DNA of 64,000 nt from Anaerolineae bacterium. GTDB taxonomy: Bacteria > Chloroflexota > Anaerolineae > Epilineales > Epilineaceae. Shown here piece after piece: positions 10,151-20,697 of this stretch (the stretch's first letter is position 1; every line of letters starts with the position of its first letter). The notes beneath the pieces are model-generated. The model saw only the letters and a program-made list of their open reading frames with translations, did no database searches and was not told where the DNA came from. Both the position numbers and the translations under genes were made by a program. The stretch spans positions 4,298-68,297 of the forward strand of contig JBCLES010000010.1 of NCBI GenBank assembly GCA_038913135.1, read 5' to 3'.

Positions 10151-11070
10151 AGGCGGAGCTGGGATGTGTGGCTTTGGCCGAAGAGACCGTGTGGGCGGAA
10201 AGCGAGGATCAAAAGAATTATCGAATAGGCGATGAGATCGCGCAGCGTCGATGGGAAGATCGTCGCCGTGAAGATCTCGATGAAGCCGAGCAGGAAGCCC
10301 GCAATGGCCGCGCCCATGAGCGAACCCCGGCCGCCGAGAATGGCCGCGACAAAGGCCTTCCAGCCGAACGTGATGCCCATGTAGGGGTCGAGTACCGGGT
10401 ACGCCATGCTGTAAAGAATGCCGGCCGCGCCCGCAAGGGCAGATCCGAGACCAAATGTGAGTGCGGCGACCGTGTTTAGCGGCACGCCCATCAGCGGCAC
10501 TACCGTGAAGTCGTACGCCGTGGCGCGCATCGCCATGCCCCACTTTGTCCGCTGCACGAAATAGTGGAGCGCCAGCATGAGGATAATCGAGACGGCGACG
10601 ATCATGATCTTCTTGTTCGTGATGCTCACGCCGGCCACATCATAAATCTTCGTCGCGATCAGGGATGGGAAGCTCAGTCGCCGGGCGCCTAAGACCGCGA
10701 GCACGCCCGTCTCCATGATGATCCCGATCATCAGACCCGTGATCGCGGCCGAAGCGCGCGGGGCGTTGCGCAGCGGCCGATAGCCCACCCGCTCGACCGC
10801 CATCCCGACCAGCGATGCAAGAATCATCGTGATCGCGATGGCCAGAATCAGAATCAGCCATCCGGGTGGGCTAAGCGCGCTCGCGGCGAAAAGTGCGATT
10901 AAGAGCGTAGTGACGCCGAGACCTATATAGGCGCCCACCATGAAGATGTCACCGTGAGCGAAGTTGAACAGCAGCAGTACACCGTAAACCATGGAGTAGC
11001 CAAGCGCGATGAGCGCGTAGAAACTACCCCATTGCAGTGCGTTGACGACGTTCTGCAGGAAGAAGGTCAT
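10147..11070 (-). CDS. livH: Branched-chain amino acid ABC transporter permease
   Basis: MTFFLQNVVNALQWGSFYALIALGYSMVYGVLLLFNFAHGDIFMVGAY is the canonical LivH N-terminus. Confidence 0.9.
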   Translation of the reverse strand: MTFFLQNVVNALQWGSFYALIALGYSMVYGVLLLFNFAHGDIFMVGAYIGLGVTTLLIALFAASALSPPGWLILILAIAITMILASLVGMAVERVGYRPLRNAPRASAAITGLMIGIIMETGVLAVLGARRLSFPSLIATKIYDVAGVSITNKKIMIVAVSIILMLALHYFVQRTKWGMAMRATAYDFTVVPLMGVPLNTVAALTFGLGSALAGAAGILYSMAYPVLDPYMGITFGWKAFVAAILGGRGSLMGAAIAGFLLGFIEIFTATIFPSTLRDLIAYSIILLILAFRPHGLFGQSHTSQLRL

Positions 11071-11124
11071 GGGTCCCGGCCCTGGTCTTGGTACTGGTCC
11101 TGGTCCTGGTCATGGTCATGGTCC
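11071..11124. repeat. Hexanucleotide microsatellite (TGGTCN)x9, intergenic and immediately upstream of livH
   Basis: gggtcc cggccc tggtct tggtac tggtcc tggtcc tggtca tggtca tggtcc. It abuts the livH start codon on the minus strand. Confidence 0.85.
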
Positions 11125-11203
11125 CGCCGGCCGATCGCGGCTCGTATGAGCGCCGCATCCCCCGAGCCGGCGGGGGCTCAGGCAGCTTCGACTGCGGCGC
11201 GCC

Positions 11204-12487
11204 TTACGGGCAGACCTGCTTATAGAACTCGAACAGACCCTCATCGCTGATCTTGACGATCACGGCGCACTTGATCGGATCACCTTCTTCCGTGAACGTC
11301 ATGGTGCCAGTAATGCCCTCGAAGTCCTCGATCCCCGCCAAGGCATCTCGCACACAGGTGCGATCAACATTTATGTCGCCGGTGATGGCCCCACAGTTCT
11401 GGATGGCGGTCTGGATGAGCAACATCGAGTCCCAGGTCAGAGCGCCTACGTCATCCGGCACGTAGCCGTGCTTCGCTTCGTAGCGGTCGATGAAAACTTT
11501 AGTTGCGCCGGTCGCGCCGGCGGCGGCGTAGTGCGTGCTGAAGAACAGCCCCTTGCATGCGTCGCCGCAGAGTTCCATGAGCTCCGCCGAGCCCCAGCTG
11601 TCGCTGCCGACGATCGGCGCATCCCAACCCAATTCCCGGGCCTGCTGCACGATCAGTGCGACCTCGTTGTAGTACTGCGGGGTGAAGATAAACTCCGCTT
11701 CGGAGTTATCAATCGTCGTCAGTTGGGCGCTGAAATCGGAGTCTCGGGTTGTGAAGCTCTCGAACGCCACCACGGATCCCTCGCCGTGCGTTTCCTCCCA
11801 GGCGGTACGGAAGTACTCCGCCAGGCCCTTCGGATAGTCGCTGGCCACGTCGTAGAGGACCGCCGCCTTGGTGAAGCCCATCTCCTCGGTCACGAAGTCG
11901 GCGATGACCGGTCCTTGGAATGGGTCCAGGAATGGCGTGCGGAAGACCCACGGCCGGTCCTTAGTCGTGTCCGGATTGGTCGACCACGGGCTGATCATCG
12001 GCGTTTCAAGGTCATTGGCGACGCCGCCGGCGGGAACGGCCTGCTTGGAAGCTTGCGGGCCGATCATCGCCAGGATTTCGTCCTGCGTGATCAACTTGGT
12101 CGTGACCGCCGTCGCCGATTCGGCCTTGGCTTCGTTGTCCTCGATCACAAGCTCGACCGGATACATTTGCCCGCCGACCTCCAGCCCGCCGGCAGCCTCG
12201 ACGTCTTCAAGCCACATTTCGGCCGCGAACTTTGTGCCCTCGCCCACCTTCGGGATGTCGCCGGTGAGCGGCGCGTTGATGCCGATACGGATCGTCGAAG
12301 TTGTTGTCTCGGGTACAGTTTCAGGTGCGGTTTCAGGGGCGGTTTCTGCCGCGCTCTCGGAATCGGTCCCGGGTGCCGTGTCGGCTCCGGTATCGGGTGC
12401 TTCCTGCGCCGTATCCTGACACGCCGTCAATATCAGAGCCATCGCGCACAACAGAACGGCGAACGTACGAATCGGAATGGTGTTCAT
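11204..12487 (-). CDS. ABC transporter substrate-binding lipoprotein (LivK/type I periplasmic binding fold)
   Basis: Signal peptide plus lipobox (LILTAC), an acidic Pro/Thr/Glu linker (ETAPETAPETVPETT), then IRIGINAPLTGDIPKVGEG...MIGPQASKQAVPAGGVAND, typical of Leu/Ile/Val-binding proteins. Confidence 0.85.
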   Translation of the reverse strand: MNTIPIRTFAVLLCAMALILTACQDTAQEAPDTGADTAPGTDSESAAETAPETAPETVPETTTSTIRIGINAPLTGDIPKVGEGTKFAAEMWLEDVEAAGGLEVGGQMYPVELVIEDNEAKAESATAVTTKLITQDEILAMIGPQASKQAVPAGGVANDLETPMISPWSTNPDTTKDRPWVFRTPFLDPFQGPVIADFVTEEMGFTKAAVLYDVASDYPKGLAEYFRTAWEETHGEGSVVAFESFTTRDSDFSAQLTTIDNSEAEFIFTPQYYNEVALIVQQARELGWDAPIVGSDSWGSAELMELCGDACKGLFFSTHYAAAGATGATKVFIDRYEAKHGYVPDDVGALTWDSMLLIQTAIQNCGAITGDINVDRTCVRDALAGIEDFEGITGTMTFTEEGDPIKCAVIVKISDEGLFEFYKQVCP

Positions 12488-12581
12488 TCGCGCTTCACTT
12501 CCCCTTCAAGAGATCCGACCGGCCGGGCCGACGCCCGTGCCGGATGTTGCGCCATGACGGCGAACTTGGTCAAGGCTGCGA

Positions 12582-15500
12582 CTACTCCTTCTTCACATTC
12601 GGCAAGTAGATCATCGGCGCCCGTGGCGGCCGCACGACTACGCCGCCTATCGCTCGGTCACCGGCCCACTGCTCGATCGAGATCTCGGGTGGCTCGGCGC
12701 TGCCAAGGCCATCGATCTCAAGCGCGAATTCGCCGACTTCCTCGCCTTCGAACGGTATCCGCTCAATTCGAACGTCTAGCATGCCCGGGCCGGTTCGACC
12801 GTCAAGGCTGAACTCCACTGCACGCTCATCCTCCAAGATCGTGCCGCCGGAAACAGTCCCGCCCGCGACGCGCCACCTGCCAAAGAGCCCCTCGTCCGGG
12901 AAGATGATCCGCCCTGTCGCTGGAGCGTCAGGCAGACGGTCGGACCGCACGCGGATCGACCCGTAATCGGGCCCGATAAAGCGATTGCCCGACCGGACGC
13001 CCGCTCCGGACGCACCCGAGCCGGCGACGACCTTCACGTTGCGTTGGCAGATGTTGCTATCGAACGGAACCCAGCCGTCGTGCATTATAGGATCGGTGGC
13101 GGATTGGATTCGGGCGAGGAAGCAAGTGTGTCCGTCGGCGGTCGGTGTCCACGGAATAGCGACAACTACGGTTGCGCCCGGACCAATCCGAGCGATCGTC
13201 GCCTGGCCTATAGCCGGCACCCAATCGTCCGGCCAGCGGATAGAGGTCGCGCCCGGCGAGTCGTACACGATCACCGTCACGTCGCGCGCTTCAGCATCGC
13301 CCACGTTCCGGACTCGGACATAGACCGTGTTTTCGCTGCCCGTGATTGGGTTTTGGTGCTCTGGGACACCATCGGGCATGTTGCGGACCCAAATGTCGGG
13401 GCTATCCCACCACACTTCGCCGTTCCGATTCGAAGGCACGCTTCCAAAGTCGTGCGAATGGTCGCGGCAGACGAGTTCCGGATGGCCTTCGTCCGCAGGT
13501 AGGACGTGCACTCTCGGGATGGGGAAGACCAGACTGCCTGGATTGCCCTGTGAGTTCGTGTAAGTGGCGGTGGCAATCTCGTTGGTCGGCCACGTTCCCG
13601 CCCGATCGGTCATCCGGACCAAGTAACCCCACCGAATCGTCTCGATGCCGATGCGCGGGAACGTCCAGGTCAGGGTCTTGCCGTCCGCGGAGACCTGCGG
13701 CGCCGGCGCACCAAAGAAGGAGCCCGGAATGAGCGTCGCATCAGGCGAGATGACATCGACCACCGTGATGTTGGTGGCCGGAGCGCCCCCGATAACGCCG
13801 ACGATCCGCTCGTAGATCGATATGAGGTCGACGCTGCTGAGTGCGATGAAGGCATCGGACGGCGCGGACGCGATCGATCGCATTAGGTCAGGATCGACTT
13901 CGGAGCCCAAACCGATCGTGAAGATACGTGAGCCGGCCGCTTTGGCCGCCGCCGCCGCGACGACCGGATCGCCGCCCAAATTGGGCTGGCCATCGGACAT
14001 GAGGACGATCACCGGTTGGCTACCAGGTCGATGGCGCGCGCTCTCGAGTTCCGCCTGAGCGGTCAGAATGGCATCGGCAATATTCGTGTTGCCGGCCGGC
14101 ATTAGAGCGTCGATCTCGGCCCTGATAGCGCCGGGCCATGCGTTGAGCCGCTGGTTGAGGATCGGCGAATCGGCGAAAGACACCAAGCCGGCCTGATCGG
14201 TGGTCGGATCGAGGCGATCGAGGAAGCGTTTGGCCGCCGCTCGCAAATCGACGATCGGTCGGCCTTCCATGCTGCCGGAACGGTCGAGGACCAACATCAC
14301 GTCCGCGGCCCGGCGACTGGGCAAACAGGTGCCGTCGAAGCCGGTCAGGCTCAGCGTGACCGCCACTTCCCCGCGCGGCGGGACCGTCCCTGGGTGTGCG
14401 GCCTTGTCGCCCGCGATACGGCACGGCGGCCCGGACGTGCAGACGTTCAGCACGATGCCGTCAAGCGTGATGTTGGTCGTCCAGCCGCGAGTCTCCTTGA
14501 ACAGCCGCATGACGAGGACGACCCTGCTCCCAGCGACTAAGGCGCGCTCCGACGCCGTAAGGTTGTAAGTCGGCGAGTCCAGCGGGCATTCCTCAGGAAG
14601 CAATGGGTTCACTTCCCACAATCGCACCAATTCCGTACCGAGCAGCGGGTCGTAAAGCGATACGCGGAAGTAATCGCGTCCGGTCGGTGGCGCCGGGCTC
14701 AAAGTCGAGATCCGGCGGGCGATCCGTTCGACATCGAAGCTCATCGCGTCGATGGTCTCAGGCATGTCGATGAATTGGAACAGCCGGACGTCTGTTGTGC
14801 CCCATGCCGGGCCGTCAAAGGACGCGGAATAGAATCCCTCGATGGCGCTGCGGGATATCACATCGCCGGTTGGATTGCCGGCCATGCCCCAGCTTCTGCC
14901 CGCCAACTCGAACCAACGGTTCCGGATAACGTTCGGGCCGTGGCACATCAGGGTTGCGGGCGGACGCGGTGTCGGGCAAACAACGGGGGTCGGCTCAGGC
15001 GTATGCGTGGGCGGGATGGGAGTGCCCGGCGTGCGGGTGACCGTCCCTGTCGGGCAGGTGCGGGGCACGTCGATCGCCACGCTCTGTTCGCCGTAGACCG
15101 CGCCGTCGCCGATCGCTTTGACACGGAAGCGGTGACTCGATCCGAGCGGCGTTTCGGGCGGCACCGTGATTGTGACGTCGAAGGAGACTGCGCGGCCGCC
15201 CACTGGAATCGTCAGGTCGGTATAGGCGGGCGGATTCACCGTGAGCCACCGCTGGTAGCTCGGCGGATCGGTTTCGAGTGCGATCCGGGCGATGCGACGC
15301 CCTGCCGCGGACATCAAGTCACGGATCACGCTGGGCAGGTCGCCGGCAACATCGAGCGCGACCGCGTCGCCGCCTAGGTTCGTCCAGCTCGCCCACTGTT
15401 TCCAATATGCCGAAGTCGTGTCACGCCAAGTCCCGCTGCCGCTCACAACGAACAGGAGCGTGATCTTCCGATCGCGCATCGCGTCGAGAACGCTCTGGAA

Positions 15501-17256
15501 GTCGAGGTCGTCCGCCGTGCCCGGCACGCCGTCACGACCGGGATCGAGCACACACGGCGTGGCGTCGGCGCACCAAGTGCCGCCCGGATTGACGGGCGGC
15601 GAAGAGACGCGCGCGTTGAGGTTGTCGTCGTGCGGCACATTGTCGCCGAACATCACGACGAAGCGTCGCGCTTCAGGTCGCCAGCCGACGCTCGAATCCG
15701 TGTAGCTTTCGTAAATCGCCCGCGTGTAAGCCTCGGGTCCGTCGTTTCCGCCCGCCGGGCTGGTCAAGCCGATCGCGCTCTCCACCGCCGCACGATTGTT
15801 AGTGATCGGTTGCCGAAGCAGATAGGGCCAGTCGCCGCTGTCGCCATACGGAGCGATCGGGTAGTCGCGGAAGTCGACGACGCCGAATTGGATGTTGGGG
15901 ATCACGAGCGTCAGATCGTTCATGATCCGAACCGCGTTGGTCTTGGCTGAGTCGAGCACCGGGCCCATGCTCCCGGTCGTGTCGAACGCGAATAGGACGT
16001 CGGCTCGGGCCGGCGCAGGCGGGATGTGGATCACCTTGGTTTCGTGCACGCTTTGGCCTGGGCACGGCGTAGCTGAAAGATCCGGTGTGGAAGTGGGCTC
16101 CGGCGTACCAGGAGTCTCGGTGCCGCATTCGGGATCGATGCGGATGCTGCGCGTGATCTCCTCTTGCCAGCAGCCGGTCGCCGCGTCGAGCACCCAGATC
16201 GTTACGGTGTAATCGCCGGGTTCGAGCGGTTCGCCGGGGAAAGCCTCCGTCGGAATTTCAAGCTCGATCACCGTGCTCCCCGGCGCAATGAGCGCACGGG
16301 AAGCGCTTGAGATCCGAATGTCCGGCGTATACCAGAGCGACACCGTGACCGTGACCGGCTGTGAAGGGAGAACAGTCCCTACGTCGACAAGGACTCCGGC
16401 GGTGGAATCCGGCACATAACATGTTCGATCGAACCCGACGTTGCTGACATGGGCCGTCCGTGGGCACCGATCCGCCCGCAACTCGATATTGTCGACCTTC
16501 GCTCCACCCGGGTGTTGGACCGTGTCATCCGCGTCGAACAAATACGCGATCCACACCCGGCTCTCACCGGCGAACTCGTCCATCGCGTGGGTGTAGGACA
16601 GCCATCCATCCGGGTCCGCCTCAGGATCCGTGATCCAACCGCCCGCGATTCGGATACCCCCCCCATGTCTCGCCATCGGAAGATGCCCAGATGCGAAGGA
16701 AGTCGCCTCCGCCGGTGCAATCGGTGCCGACGCACTCGCTGTTGACCCAGAATTCGAAGTACATCTCAGCGTCGGTCGCGTCGCTCAGATCAAACGGGCC
16801 GGCGATCATCCACGACTCGTTGCAACACGGATAAGTCGCCCCGCAGGCCAGACCGCTCCCCGAAGCGCCTCCGCCAACAGCCCACGCGCTGCGGACACTC
16901 GCTCGGCCCGAACAGCGATTGGCCCAGTAGTACTCGCCGCCCGTCGTGCCGTCGTCGTCGAACACGCTCCATACGGTCCCTGTCGGCCACGAGGTGCTCT
17001 CGAAGTTTTCCGAGAAGACGGTCGACCATTCGTCGGGCGCGCTTGGGGCGAACTCCACCGGTTGCGCGGGCCGCGCCGGTCGCTGATCGACAGTGCCTTC
17101 GGGCGCATCGGCCGAATTCCCGTCAAGAAGGATCACGGCGCCCGAAGACTGCGCGGCTTCGGCCGCTGTGGCGGTCGCTCTGTTCTCGACGTGGAAGCTG
17201 AGCATCGTCGATAGTAATAAAACGGTCGCGAACACAGCCGGAACGGCCGCGCGCAT
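12582..17256 (-). pseudogene. Large secreted multi-vWA protein (about 1570 aa if repaired), split by a +1 frameshift in a G8 run
   Basis: Track ORFs 16621..17349 and 12582..16676 overlap at a run of 8 C (16657-16664). Removing one base joins ...IWASSDGETWGG to IRIAGGWITDPEADPDGW. N-terminal signal peptide from the ATG at 17256 (MRAAVPAVFATVLLLSTML). Two vWA domains with MIDAS motifs (FAFDTTGSMG and LVLDRSGSMEG), PT linkers, a CARDB-like domain and the C-terminus ...MIYLPNVKKE. This could equally be an intact gene with a homopolymer sequencing error. Confidence 0.7.
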
Positions 17257-17511
17257 GGCTGCCGGGCGAGTAGTAGAGTCGTTCACTCTGATGCCTCCGT
17301 GAATAGGACTTCGTGTGCGGGAGCGGTCGCCGACGATGACTGACTTCACTCACAGATAAAGCGCCCGATCGTCTGCTGAACCGGCAACGCGGGTCGCGAT
17401 TGTCGAGGATAAACTATTGCGCTGCGAAACAGGAATTTCTGCGATAGCTTCCGAGGCGAAGGTTTTTCTGGTCCGGGCGCTGAGCGGGTGGCACAGCTTG
17501 GTGGCGCCGCA

Positions 17512-17645
17512 GCGCATCGCCCACACGAGGCGCATCAATCACACGAGGCGGATCGCTCACACTAAGCGCACCAATCGCACGAGGCGCATCACTCACACGA
17601 AGCGCATCGTTCACACGAAGCGCATCGCTCACTCGAAGCGCTCAA
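17512..17645. repeat. 18-bp tandem repeat, 7 full copies plus a partial copy, intergenic
   Basis: gcgcatcgcccacacgag / gcgcatcaatcacacgag / gcggatcgctcacactaa / gcgcaccaatcgcacgag / gcgcatcactcacacgaa / gcgcatcgttcacacgaa / gcgcatcgctcactcgaa / gcgctcaatccg. It lies between the stop of 17664..19220 and the start of the vWA gene. Confidence 0.9.
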
Positions 17646-17663
17646 TCCGTTCCCGCTGCGCCT

Positions 17664-19220
17664 TCAGTCTCCGGTCGAAGCCCACGGCAACCCCGCGACG
17701 AAAGGCGAGCCGACCGGCTCGATCGGCGGCCACCATTCGGGCGTGGGACAAGGGATCGGTTCTGAGTCCGGGGGATCGGAGCGGCCATTCGCGGTCAGGA
17801 TTCCTGTTACACCTGTCTCCTGTCCTTCGAATCGGCATGCGGAGACAGCGTGGCGCAGAGTCATCCGATCGCCGCATGCTTCGACATCGATGATCAGCAC
17901 ATCCGAGTCGCCTTCGTTGCCCGCCGCGATCAGCTGCGAGCCGTCGGCGTTCCAAGCGATCGGGCCGCTCATCATGCGCCGGTCGTCGCTTATGGAACTC
18001 CGAATGGGCGTGATAGGAAGTCGCGACCGCTCTTTGATCTCCCCGTAGCGCGGGTCCAGCTCGAACACGGCGATCTTGTCGCCGCCATGAACCGCGATCA
18101 GTCCCGGATTCTTCCAGCCGTGGTTGGCGGCGACGGCGCCTGCGAAGGCAAAGTCCGCGGGCAGAGTCACGGTGAGCGGAGTCGTGGACAGATGCATGTC
18201 GGCGATGATCAATTCGGGCCGCAACCAGCGATTTACGACGATGTACCGTCCTTCCGGTCCGTAGGGCTTACCGCCACCGGGGAGCATCGTCGCCCACGCA
18301 AGGCGCCCGTTCTGCCGCCAGTCGTGAATGCCGACCTCGCGCAGTCCGGCGCCAGGCGGTTCGTTCACGACAAGAGGCGGCAGTACCACTGGCGCGCCGC
18401 GCGCGGCAAGGATCTCCGAATCCAATGTGTGCAGGCTCATGGGATGGCTTTCGACCACGTCACTCGGTTCTACCGCGGTGCGGTACCCAGCGCTCAGTAC
18501 ATGGTTTCGTCGGCCGTCCGGAGACGCCAGGATCTGGGTCACGCTCTGGTCGCGGGTTGAAAAGAATCCGCGAACCGGGTTGATATCCTTTAGGTCCGGC
18601 GTGCCGAGCTGTTCTGAGATTCGGATGCGCGCTAATCCCACGCCGTCTCTCGGGCCAGCCTCTACGCCAAGATAGAGGTCGTCGCCGAGGACCAACGGGG
18701 CTGAATCTTGAATCCGATGCGGCCCCGCAGGGCTCCAGAGAGTGGAGATCGTCCAATCGGAGGCGTTTGGAAACCGTGCGTCGAACAGGCTGAGCCTGCC
18801 GTCACCTCCCGCGCCGCGCCCGGTGACGAAGTGGCCGAAATCTTCGCTGGCGGCAATTTCGCTGCGACCGGCAAGGCGCGGGCTTCGGTACAGGACTTCG
18901 CCGCTCGCCACGTCGATGGCCGAAAGGGCTCCGCAACCCGGAAGGTCCCCACCGGCGCCGCCCGTCACTACGTATGCGGTAGTCAGAGGGTCGAACGCAG
19001 ACTTGTCCGAAAGGACGCGGCCGCTCGGCGAATCCGACTTCGCATTGGTCACCGCGATCCAGCCTTCCCCCGAGAAGACTTCAACCGACGCAACGTTCGA
19101 AGCGACGGTCGACCCGACGACCAACCCAAAGGTCAACACAACGGCCAACCCAAGGACGAGCCCAACGCCCTGCCCGACGCCCTGCCCGACGACCAACGGA
19201 AATGAGTGCCTTCGATGCAA
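17664..19220 (-). CDS. Membrane-anchored or secreted hypothetical protein, possibly beta-propeller-like
   Basis: 518 aa with an N-terminal hydrophobic segment (GLVLGLAVVLTFGLVVG). Repeated segments such as ILASPDGRRNHVLSAG and IAWNADGSQLIAAGNEGDSDVLIID are reminiscent of YVTN/lactonase-type propeller blades. No confident family call. Confidence 0.5.
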   Translation of the reverse strand: MHRRHSFPLVVGQGVGQGVGLVLGLAVVLTFGLVVGSTVASNVASVEVFSGEGWIAVTNAKSDSPSGRVLSDKSAFDPLTTAYVVTGGAGGDLPGCGALSAIDVASGEVLYRSPRLAGRSEIAASEDFGHFVTGRGAGGDGRLSLFDARFPNASDWTISTLWSPAGPHRIQDSAPLVLGDDLYLGVEAGPRDGVGLARIRISEQLGTPDLKDINPVRGFFSTRDQSVTQILASPDGRRNHVLSAGYRTAVEPSDVVESHPMSLHTLDSEILAARGAPVVLPPLVVNEPPGAGLREVGIHDWRQNGRLAWATMLPGGGKPYGPEGRYIVVNRWLRPELIIADMHLSTTPLTVTLPADFAFAGAVAANHGWKNPGLIAVHGGDKIAVFELDPRYGEIKERSRLPITPIRSSISDDRRMMSGPIAWNADGSQLIAAGNEGDSDVLIIDVEACGDRMTLRHAVSACRFEGQETGVTGILTANGRSDPPDSEPIPCPTPEWWPPIEPVGSPFVAGLPWASTGD

Positions 19221-19518
19221 TGAAATGATGCCCCCCTGTTCTTCGTCTCACTGCGCAGCTAAGGAAACTCCGTCAGGTTGGACATTCGATGCAAGGACAA
19301 GGTTCCCTCCTAATTTTCGTCACACTGCAGAGCTGAGAACTCAGGAATCTCATTCTTGTACCGCGCCACCGTGACTTCCAGGGGTTCGGCCTCCTCTGCG
19401 TCCGATTGCTTCGAGCCTAGTTCATTGCAGGTCGAGCCCATGGGCTTCGCCTTGGCGGCATTCTAATCTGTCAACGTTGGGTCGTCCAAACCTCCGGGCA
19501 GGCAGAAAGGTGTGAATC

Positions 19519-20697
19519 ATGAAGGCCGAAGACGCGGCAACCTTCGACGATAGGGCGGCAAATGAATCGGGCGTCGACGACCCCAGGAAGTCGTTTCTTC
19601 CGTGGTGGGAGCCTGTCCTAGGAGAAGCAGAGGCCGCGGCCGTCGCGGCCGTCGCGGCGAGCGGCTGGGTGAACGAGGGTCGGCTGGCCATCGAACTGGC
19701 GGCGCGGGTAGCGCGAACTCTCGGGGCACGATATGGGACAACGACGACGAGCGGCACGACGGCGCTTTTCGTCGCTCTGCGCGCGGCCGGCGTCCGGCCA
19801 GGTGACGAAGTCATCGTGCCCGACCTAACGTTCGTTGCGACGGCCAGCGCCGTCCGCTTGTGCGGCGCGCGGCCGGTTATCGCGGACGTGCTCCCCGCCG
19901 ACCTTACGCTCGACCCCGATCAAGTCGCCTCCGTGCTTACGGACCGGACTGTGGCGATATTGCCCGTCCATCTCAACGGCCGCCCCGCCGATGTCGGGCT
20001 TTTGCGTAAAGTCGCGGCCTCTGCCGCACGGCCCGTGTCGATTATCGAGGATGCATGTCAGGCGCTCGGCTCGCGGGTGGACGGAAGTGCACTCGGGACC
20101 ATGGCGGACGCCGGCTGCTTTTCGCTGGCCCCAACCAAACTCGTCACCGCCGGTCAGGGCGGCTTGATCTTGACGAACGATGGGGAGATGGCCGAGCGCT
20201 TTGCCAGACTGAAGGATCATGGGCGATCGGATCGGGCGATGAACGCCCATCCTGAGCCGGGCTTCAACTTCAAGCTGACCGATCTGCAGGCGGCCGTCGC
20301 CTTGGCACAATTGGATCGCCTGGCCGCGCGAATCAACCAGGTGGTAGCGCAGTACACGCGGTATCGCGATGGCCTGGCTGACGTCCCTGGCCTAACTTGC
20401 TACTCTACGCGATTGGACCGTGGCGTCGTGCCCCTCTGGGTCGACATTCGGGCGGAACATCGCGACCGCCTGGTGGAAGCGCTGGCGCTGGCGGACATCG
20501 AGGCCCGGCCGTTTTGGCCGGCGCTGCACACTCAGGGCCCTGACCGGTCCGACCGCGCGTTCCCGGTGGCCACGGACGCGGCCGAACACGGCCTCTGGCT
20601 GCCGTCCGGCCCGGCAAGAACCGAGGCCGATATCGACCGCGTGATCGAGACTGTCGGGCGCGCTTGCCGTCGGTTGCATGGGGGGGCGTGGTCGTGA
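19519..20697 (+). CDS. DegT/DnrJ/EryC1/StrS family PLP-dependent sugar aminotransferase
   Basis: FLPWWEPVLGEAEAAAV...TTTSGTTALFVALRAAGVRPGDEVIVPDLTFVATASAV...FSLAPTKLVTAGQGGLILTND (PLP Lys region). Confidence 0.85.
   Translation: MKAEDAATFDDRAANESGVDDPRKSFLPWWEPVLGEAEAAAVAAVAASGWVNEGRLAIELAARVARTLGARYGTTTTSGTTALFVALRAAGVRPGDEVIVPDLTFVATASAVRLCGARPVIADVLPADLTLDPDQVASVLTDRTVAILPVHLNGRPADVGLLRKVAASAARPVSIIEDACQALGSRVDGSALGTMADAGCFSLAPTKLVTAGQGGLILTNDGEMAERFARLKDHGRSDRAMNAHPEPGFNFKLTDLQAAVALAQLDRLAARINQVVAQYTRYRDGLADVPGLTCYSTRLDRGVVPLWVDIRAEHRDRLVEALALADIEARPFWPALHTQGPDRSDRAFPVATDAAEHGLWLPSGPARTEADIDRVIETVGRACRRLHGGAWS

Noticed and set aside
17512-17645. The 18-bp array as a CRISPR array, or as a coding hexapeptide repeat (ORFs 17417..17893 + and 17414..17632 -)
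   Set aside because: The units are contiguous with no spacers, so it is not a CRISPR array. Both repeat ORFs lack an RBS or sensible start, run into flanking non-coding sequence, and exist only because the unit length is a multiple of 3.
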